Assembly: GCF_009914755.1 (NCBI RefSeq)
Contig: NC_060948.1
Reading direction: 5' to 3' (one strand)
Length of the DNA: 64,000 bases
From: the human T2T-CHM13v2.0 reference genome, Homo sapiens
Made by a program: the position numbers and the translations under genes. Shown piece by piece: positions 53,801-64,000 of this stretch (the stretch's first letter is position 1; every line of letters begins with the position of its first letter). The notes under the pieces were generated by a model that worked only from the letters and a program-made list of their open reading frames with translations, was not told the DNA's origin and searched no databases.

Positions 53801-56400
53801 ATTCAAATGTGTGTTTGAAATATGATATCCCATTTTCGATTTGAAATGCATTTTCTGCACCCATTAACTCATCATGCACATGTATCCTAGAACTTAAAGT
53901 ATAATGAAACAAAAAGAAATGCATTTTCTGAATCGCTGAATATGAGTATCAGTCCCGTGTGCTTTTTGGGCATTTGCCGATTTTATTTGGAGAAATATCT
54001 GTTTAGATGTTTGGCCTTTTAATTTTGTTTAAGTTGTAAGTTAGTCATGTATTGGATACTAGAAGTTGAAAATTTAAAATTTGTTGCTTAAACTTATGCA
54101 CACAGAAATCATCCAAGTTGCCAAGAAACGAGGGATTATGCTCCACCATCTAGAGGCTATGCATACCGTGATAATGGTCATTCTAATCGGGATGAACATT
54201 CCTCTAGAGGATATAGGTACTGTAACTTTTTCTGAATTTGTCAAATAGATTTCTTAAATTGCTCATTCCAACTAACGTTCTATCAGGGCTCCAATTTATC
54301 TACATCCTCTCAAACACTTGTTATTTCCTGCTTTTGAAAATTTATTGCCCTTCCAGTGTGTGCGTATGAAATATGATATCTCATTTTGGATTTGAAATGC
54401 ATTTTCTGCACCCATTAACTCATCATGCACATGGACCCTAGAACTTAAAGTATAATTAAAAAAAAAAGAAATGCGTCTTCTGAATCACTGAATATGAGTA
54501 TGTGTCCCATGTGCATCTTGGGCATTTGCCCATTTTATTTGGAGAAATATCCATTGAGATGTTTGGCCTTTTAATTTTGTTTAAGTTGTAAGTTAGTCAT
54601 GTATCGGATACTAGAAGTTGAAAATTTAAAATTTGTTGCTTAAACTTATGCATACAGAAATCATCGAAGTTCCCGAGAAACTAGGGATTATGCTCCACCA
54701 TCTAGAGGCCATGCATACCGTGATTATGGTCATTCTCGTCGGGATGAAAGTTATTCTAGAGGATACAGGTACTGTAACTTTTTGTGGATTTGTCAAATAG
54801 ATTTCTTAAATTGTTCATTCCAACTAACATTGTATCAGGGCTCCAATTTATCTGCATCCTCTCCAACACTTGTTATTTCCTGCTTTTGAAAATTTATTGC
54901 CATTCATCTGTGTGTGAAATATGATATCTCATTTTGGATTTGAAATGCATTTTCTGCACCCATTAACTCGTCATGCACATGGACCCTAGAACTTAAAGTA
55001 TAATAAAAAAAAGAAATGCATTTTCTGAATCACTGAATATGAGTATCTGTCCCATGTGCTTTTTGGGCGTTTGCCCATTTTATTTGGAGAAATATCTATT
55101 TAGATGTTTGGCCTTTTAATTTTGTTTAAGTTGTAAGTTAGTCATATATCGGATACTACAAGTTGAAAATTTAAAATTTGTTGCTTAAACTTATGCATAC
55201 AGAAATCGTCGAAGTTCCCGAGAAACTAGGGAGTATGCTCCACCATCTAGAGGCCATGGATACCGTGATTATGGTCATTCTCGTCGACATGAAAGTTATT
55301 CTAGAGGATATAGGTACTGTAATTTTTCTGGATTTGTCAAATAGATTTCTTAAATTGTTCATTCCAACTAACATTGTATCAGGGCTCCAATTTATCTACA
55401 TCCTCTCAAACACTTGTTATTTCCTGCTTTTGAAAATCTATTGCCATTCATCTGTGTGTGTGAAATATGATATCTCATTTTGGATTTGAAATGCATTTTC
55501 TGCACCCATTAACTCATCATGCACATGTATGCTAGAACTTAAAGTATAATAAAACAAAAAGAAATGCATTTTCTGAATCACTGAATATGAGTATCTGTCA
55601 CTTGTCCTTTTTGGGCATTTGCCTATTTTATTTGGAGAAATACCTATTTAGATGTTTGGCCTTTTAATTTAAAGTTGTAAGTTAGTCATGTATTCGATAC
55701 TAGAAGATGAAAATTTAAAACTTGTTGCTTAAACTTATGCACACACAAATCATCCAAGTTCCCGAGAAACTAGGGATTATGCTCCACCATCTAGAGGCTA
55801 GGCATACTGAGACTATGGTCATTCTAGGCAGGATGAACATTCCTCTAGAGGATATAGATACTGTAACTTTTTCTGGATTTATCAAATAGATTTCTTAAAT
55901 TGTTCATTCCAACTAACATTGTATCAGGGCTCCAATTTATCTACATCCTCTCAAACACTTGTTATTTCCTGCTTTTGAAAATTTTTTGCCCTTCCAGTGT
56001 GTGTGTGTGAAGTGTGGATGCTCCTTTTTTATTTGAAATGCATTTCCTGAATCACTGATTATGAGTATCTGTTTCATGTGCTTTTTGGGCATTTGGGCAT
56101 TTTGGGCATTTGGGCTCTGTGGGCATTTTATTTAGATGTTTGGCAATTTAATTGTGTTTAAGTTGTAATGTAGTTATGTTTTGGATACTAGAAGGTGACA
56201 ATTTAAAATTCCTTGCTTCAACTCGTGCACGCAGAAATCATCCAAGTTCCCGAGAAACCAGGGATTATGCTCCACCACATAGAGACTATGCATACCGTGA
56301 TTATGGTCATTCTAGTTGGGATGAACATTCCTCTAGAGGATATAGGTACTAACATGTTATCTGGATTTATCAAATGGATTTCTTAAATTGTTCATTCTGA
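53725..56400 (+). repeat. Five-unit ~545-bp exon+intron tandem array (SRGY boxes)
   Basis: 111-nt exons start at 54106, 54658, 55203, 55747 (dead) and 56235; the introns are near-identical. Confidence 0.95.
55747..55857 (+). pseudogene. Inactivated SRGY pseudo-exon
   Basis: Acceptor AG>AC, donor GT>AT, in-frame TAG and TGA. Confidence 0.9.
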
Positions 56401-58104
56401 AATTGAAAAGACTTTTTTTTTTTCAATTTAGTTATCATGATGGCTACGGTGAGGCCCTTGGTAGAGATCATTCTGAACATCTAAGTGGAAGTTCTTATAG
56501 AGATGCACTTCAGAGATACGGTAAGGGTCCAGGATGGATTTGTAAATTACAGAATTTTATTTAATAGACCAGATTGTTATTTTAATGAAATTCTAAGGAA
56601 AATTGTAAAGGCCATATGCAACATGTTTAAATATTGAGTATTCTTAACAGTATAAAGCCTAGGGAATGATATGAAGGTGAGAACTTCAGTTAACGTTAAG
56701 AAAATGTGACTGAGCATTTACTTTAGAATTAAGTTTGTTAAGCTGCAAAATACTACTCTTACACTTCTCTTAAATAAAACCTTCTGACTATTAAAGCCTT
56801 GATTAATATCCTGTCAACAAAGGCGGAGGAAAGCAGATATTTCCAAATAGTACTTTAACTAATTCATGCTTTAATGATAGCAGTAAAAATGTTTAAATGT
56901 AGTCCCACATATTATTTTACCAACCCTGCAGGGACCTCTCATGGTGCACCACCTGCAAGAGGGCCTCGGATGTCTTATGGTGGAAGCACCTGCCACGCAT
57001 ATAGTAATACACGAGATAGATATGGCAGAAGTTGGGAGAGTTACTCGAGCTGTGGTGATTTTCATTATTGTGATCGTGAGCATGTTTGCAGAAAAGACCA
57101 AAGGAATCCGCCTTCTCTGGGTAGGGTGCTCCCTGATCCTCGTGAAGCATATGGTAGCTCAAGTTATGTGGCATCTATAGTAGATGGTGGGGAGAGTCGA
57201 TCTGAAAAAGGAGACTCGAGCAGATATTAAAGCAAGCATTGAAAGTAATAGTTATTGCATACCAATCCTTGTTTGCAAATCAAAAATTGAAATGTTATTT
57301 CTGCATTGTTACCTGCATATTACTGAAAGAAACATGTTGGTTTTGTGGAGAGAGGTAGATACTAACTTCCTCCATGAATTTTTTGAGGTATTCAAAGGAA
57401 AAGGAATTGTTTTCAAAGTAATTTCATACTTGTTGATGCTATTTGAAAAGTGTTTAGATGTAATATCTACCTTAAAATTTTCACAATAAAATTTGACATG
57501 TACTGCAAGATGCCTGGTGTTATTGGTTAGCCGCGCATGCTTAAAGCAAATTCAATAGGAGAGTAAATTGTGTAGTCTGTTGTACATTTTCCTTTGTTTC
57601 TTTGAACATAGGTACAAAATTAGGGATGTGTTATGTCGCCCTTGCAAGCTGCTCAAGTTTTGTAATTAGGCTGTTTCTCTTTAAAAACTAACAAGGTTAA
57701 AATGTTGGAGAAGTCTTCAGAAAGACTACAAAACTGTCTGCCTCACCATAAAACGTTTATTTTTTAGAGGAATAGTACAGGTCAAAGGAAATCATTAGAT
57801 GTATTGATACTAAAGTTTAAGACATCCGGAACATTCTATGTGAAGCATTCTGTGACTGAAGAGGATAACGGTAATGAAAACTTTTTTTTTCACCTAAATC
57901 AGAAGTGAACCAGCTAAGTTTCTCAGGTGCGTAGCATAATGAATTTAAATGTTCGTAGTTTAAATAGTGGAAAGTAAGTGTTTTGTCTTGTGAGGTTCCC
58001 ACGTTAATTTTTTCTTGAATATTTTGACAGTGGATGTTGTAAGTAATGGTTTAGTAATATGTTCTTACAGATAGGAATAATCTAGAGTGGTTGGGATAGT
58101 ATCA

Positions 58105-60403
<2,299 letters not shown>

Positions 60404-61489
60404 TGATACTAGACGTGGCATCTTGTCATGTCTAATTTCGTATCTGTTTTAAAGCTCGATTGATAAGCAATATTGACTTCCTGGAATGTTTTATGTTTAC
60501 AAAACAATTATAGTACTACTATTTAGCCTCCTCAGATAAAATATGGTAACACACAAAACATACACACACAGACAAAGACACAGTCAGTGATCAAAAAAAA
60601 TCAGTGTAGGCCACGACCTAAATGAAAGGTGAGCTGCTGCAGTTGCCTAGAATTAAAGCAGACCAGAGTTGACCCATACCAGGCTGAGAGATGTGAACAG
60701 AGGCTTTCCAACAACTCTATCAGATACATGTTAGATTATTCTCCAGCCATAGCGAAGGGACATTAAAGATCTGTTGTGCTTAGAAGAGTCTCGATGATTT
60801 GACTTTTCCAGGGTATTAGCATTCATGATGTTGGCCTTTACAGCTCTCTGCAATGAAGTCAGTAGACGACACAGTTTTTCTAGGAGTCTAAAGTGCTTTT
60901 CAGAATTATCTAAAACTTAGTGGCTTAAAACCATAATTATAATTTACTAACTGTCAGTCTCTGCAATCGCCCTCAGTCTCTCAGCCAAATGAATGTGGTT
61001 CAGGGGCGCTCAGGAGGATGCAATCTAGTGATGGCCAAAGATGGGGACATTGGCGGGTGTCTTCTCATCTCCCTGGTGCCATGGCTAGCGTGACTCAAAT
61101 AGCAGGGGCTGGACTGCTGAGATGCTCAGACATCTTGTTCTGTTTCTTTGAGTCTCTCCATTGGATGTCCCTTCTGCATAGTGTTATCAGGGTGTTAGAC
61201 TGCGTGATGTACTGGTCGGGGGCTCCTAAGGGGTTTGTCCCCATGAGAGCAGGAGACCTAGGCAGAGCCGTGTCACCGTCTCTAAACTAGGCCAGAGGTG
61301 GTCCAGTATCCAGAAACTGCTTGCAGTGTTTTCTATACATTAGAAGCAAGTACTGTGTTCAGTTCCATCAGGAATATTTTCAAATGGGTTTGAGAAGAAT
61401 TTCAAAGTGTGTTTCAGACCACTACAGTGGCCATGCCTAATAATTCCTTATTTTTACAAGTGCTGGATGGGTTTTTCCCAAAATAATGC

Positions 61490-61796
61490 TTTCTTGGGGG
61501 GTGTGGGGTGGTGGAGACAAAGCTTTGGTCTTGTGACCCAGGCTGTAGTGCAGTGGCGTGATCTTGGCTCACTGCAACCACCGCCTCTTGGGTTCAACCG
61601 ATTCTCCTGCCTCAGCCTCCCAAATAGCTAGGATTACAGGAACCTGCCACCATGCCCAGCTAATTTTCGAATATTTAGTAGAGGTGGGGTTTCACCATGT
61701 TGACCCCGCTGGTCTTGAACTTCTGACGTCTGGTAATCCACCAGCCTTGGCCTCCGAAAGTGTGGGGATTGCAGGCGTGAAACACCCCGTCCGGCC
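61490..61796 (-). mobile_element. Alu at the left edge of duplicated segment B
   Basis: Full Alu ending ccccgtccggcc, directly followed by ttcaaattatatt. Confidence 0.85.
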
Positions 61797-64000
61797 TTCA
61801 AATTATATTTTCATACCCACTCACTTCCACAATTTTTTGGACCTATCTGCGTGTTCTCCTCGGAGGCGGGGGGACGGAAACAGTATCAGCGTTCTTGAAA
61901 AATTTATGAAAGAGAGAATGACAATACTATACTAGGTTTAACCTATTCACAATACTGTATTTACTGAATAAAAACATTGCGTTTAAAATTCTACTATTGA
62001 CTAAATAAATAAAATACACTCTTCCATTCACTCTAAAATGTGTGTACATGAAGAGTATACAAGAAGGGTTCTAATACAGAAACAAATAAATGAGGCTGGG
62101 CATGGTGGCTCACGCTGTAAGCCTGGCAGTTTGGCAGGCAAAAGTGGGTGGATCAGTTGAGGTGAGGAGTCGGAGACCAGCCTGGCAAATATGGTGAAAC
62201 CCAGTCTTGACTAAAAATACAAAAATTAGCTGCACATGGTGGCATGCACCAGTAATCCCAACTCCTCAGAAGGCCGAGGCAGGGGAATTGCTTGAAGCTG
62301 GGAGGCGGAGGTTGAGGTTGAGCCGAGATCCTGCCACTTCACTCCAGCCTGGGTGACAGAGCAGTACTCCTCAAAACACACACAGACACCCCAAAACAAC
62401 TAAAAAATGAAAATAAAAATTTTGTACTCACAGTTCAACTCGCATATCTAACGGAAAACAGAAAGTACATTAAAACAAAGTTTCCACAAAAGGCAAATAA
62501 AACAAATGAATCACCTTGCACATAAAATTAAAATAATAAACTGAAGAGAACTATACGGAAAAAAATTCAAAATTTACAAGTAAGTACTCTACAAGAAGCT
62601 GAAAGTCACTCAAAACTTTTCTGGATTCCATGTCTCTACAGTGCAAACATGATCATAAAATTTGCTGGGGGCAGAACCATCAAAATGTATCTTACAACTC
62701 AATAAACACTTCAAGTCTCACATAAGAATTGTAATGGAAAAGGGACGCGTCTGCAGTATTTCTACACAAATCTGAACAAACACTATTTCTTTGTACACAT
62801 TGTTTCACTGTTCCAAGAAAATAACTTCCATATTAATATTAGGGGATGTGACAAAGCAGGTCTTCATCATGATAAGTAACACTGGGTGTCCACACCACTA
62901 CTCAGGTGGGCCTTAATTCCCAGCCAGGTTCCCTCCCTGGACACACAATGAAGGGCTCATCCATTTTGCAATCTCTTCACATTTCCTCCCCTGTGAGCCC
63001 AGTGTGGTTCTCCAGATTCCCTGTGTAGCGGCCTCTCTTGTCTGGTGGGGCAGGGTGGGGCAGGGAAGTGTGGGTGATGATGGCAGAGGGCAGAAAGCAT
63101 CTCAGGGAAGCCTGGGATCATTGTAACAAAAAATGATGGGCGTGGGACAGCCCATCAGGGAAGACATAGAGAGGGGCCTTGGGAGGATATCTGCGTGGAG
63201 GGTGAGAGGGCCCTGGTTGAGCCCAAACTGAGCCCCAAGTGGTAGCCGGCCTCAGGCCTCAGCCGGTGAGGGATGATGAGACAGCTACCACTTGAGCCTT
63301 GCTTCTCACCCACTGACCTTAGACACTTATTCCTCTTAGGCGGCTGAAGGTGCCCCAATCCTAAAATGTGGGTGTTACAGTTCTTTGATGGCCATTTCTC
63401 CGCCAGCCCATGGATGGCGTGGGATTGCTCACTGCAGTCACCTCCCTGAGGCTTGGTTTCTCCATGTGGGGCACAACTCCAGGAATCAACCGCCTCTCAG
63501 TCCCCAGCCCCAGACTGCTCACCTGGCCTCCTCTCTGTTCACTCTCTAATGGCCTCCCTCCCTGGAGAAGTACTGCAGGGGATTGAGCTACAGGCTCTGG
63601 CTGATGATCTAGGGGACTGCAGAAGTGGGTACAGGTTAGTTCAGGTCATGGCTCAAAGCCAGTTCCCCAGAGGCCAAGGAATGACCAGCAAGATCCTTTC
63701 CCATGATGCCCTACCTGGCGCTCACCTCAGCAATCCTGCCAGAACCTGGGCAGTCATGGTCAGCCAACCAGCTGAAGAAGGTCAGGTAGGAGCTGTACGG
63801 CCTGCAGCTGGAGGCTTGACCTTCATGATCCCACAACCACTAGACTGCAGTGGAATGAGACATCCCGTATCCTGCAGAGAGAGGAGTCAGGAAGGTTCAT
63901 GCCAGACCTACCCTCCCACACACCAGCTCCCCTACCATGCTGGGAGGCGCTCCTTACCGAGGATGCCAAGGCAGTACTCCTGAATGATCACTTCATTGTG
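61797..64000. repeat. Segmental duplication, copy B (paralogue of 18457-20736), containing Alu 62094-62400 and the third set of TSPY-like 3' exons on minus; runs off the window
   Basis: Colinear with 18457-20736; ORF 63453-63983 mirrors ORF 20438-20719. Confidence 0.85.

Larger units (their letters stand above)
48782..57490 (+). pseudogene. RBMY1: 5'-truncated RBMY1 copy (missing promoter and the exons encoding most of the RRM; possibly RBMY1HP)
   Basis: Exons 48782-48959, 50873-51025, 53036-53150, 54106-54216, 54658-54768, 55203-55313, 56235-56345, 56432-56520, 56932-57230 (stop), with AATAAA at 57485. The translation [21 protein letters not shown]...EKGDSSRY* matches RBMY1. No MVEADHPGKLFIGGL or RGFAFITF exons were found upstream. 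Confidence 0.92.

Noticed and set aside
48782-57230. Calling this a functional RBMY1 CDS
   Set aside because: The native start codon, most of the RRM and the CpG promoter are absent from the upstream sequence.
57184-57489. 101-aa ORF overlapping the RBMY stop
   Set aside because: It is an alternative frame running into the AT-rich 3' UTR, with no support.
63453-63983. 176-aa plus-strand ORF (and its paralogue 20438-20719)
   Set aside because: It is antisense to TSPY-like exons and introns, and the frame is not maintained in full across the three paralogous copies.

Overview
Eukaryotic, AT-rich, Alu/L1/ERV-containing DNA. It is almost certainly primate (human-like) Y chromosome at the edge of the RBMY1 cluster, judged from RBMY1 exons that match the human protein as I recall it and from TSPY-family pseudogenes. 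From left to right: (1) 1-18.3 kb, a decayed but fully reconstructable multi-exon gene on +. It has a giant exon of 33-bp (11-aa, Trp-periodic) repeats, then eight exons encoding two tandem trypsin-like (pseudo)protease domains and a hydrophobic tail, which fits PRSSLY. The giant exon is split by a 6.1-kb antisense HERV-K14-type provirus (6-bp TSD, pol deleted, AluY nested in env). (2) 18.5-33 kb, a head-to-head pair of TSPY-family pseudogenes, one nearly intact, plus a further TSPY-like fragment. (3) 33-47.7 kb, an AT-rich stretch with a solo LTR1-type element and old L1s. (4) 47.7-57.5 kb, a 5'-truncated RBMY1 copy missing most of the RRM, whose remaining exons are open, with a five-unit SRGY exon/intron array (one dead exon; a miniature L1 marks four of five units). 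(5) 58-64 kb, an Alu cluster and a paralogous copy of the 18.5-20.7 kb segment. No intact full-length protein-coding gene, tRNA, rRNA or CRISPR array was found. Family and gene names come from recalled sequences, not database searches, and repeat boundaries are approximate unless a TSD is given.
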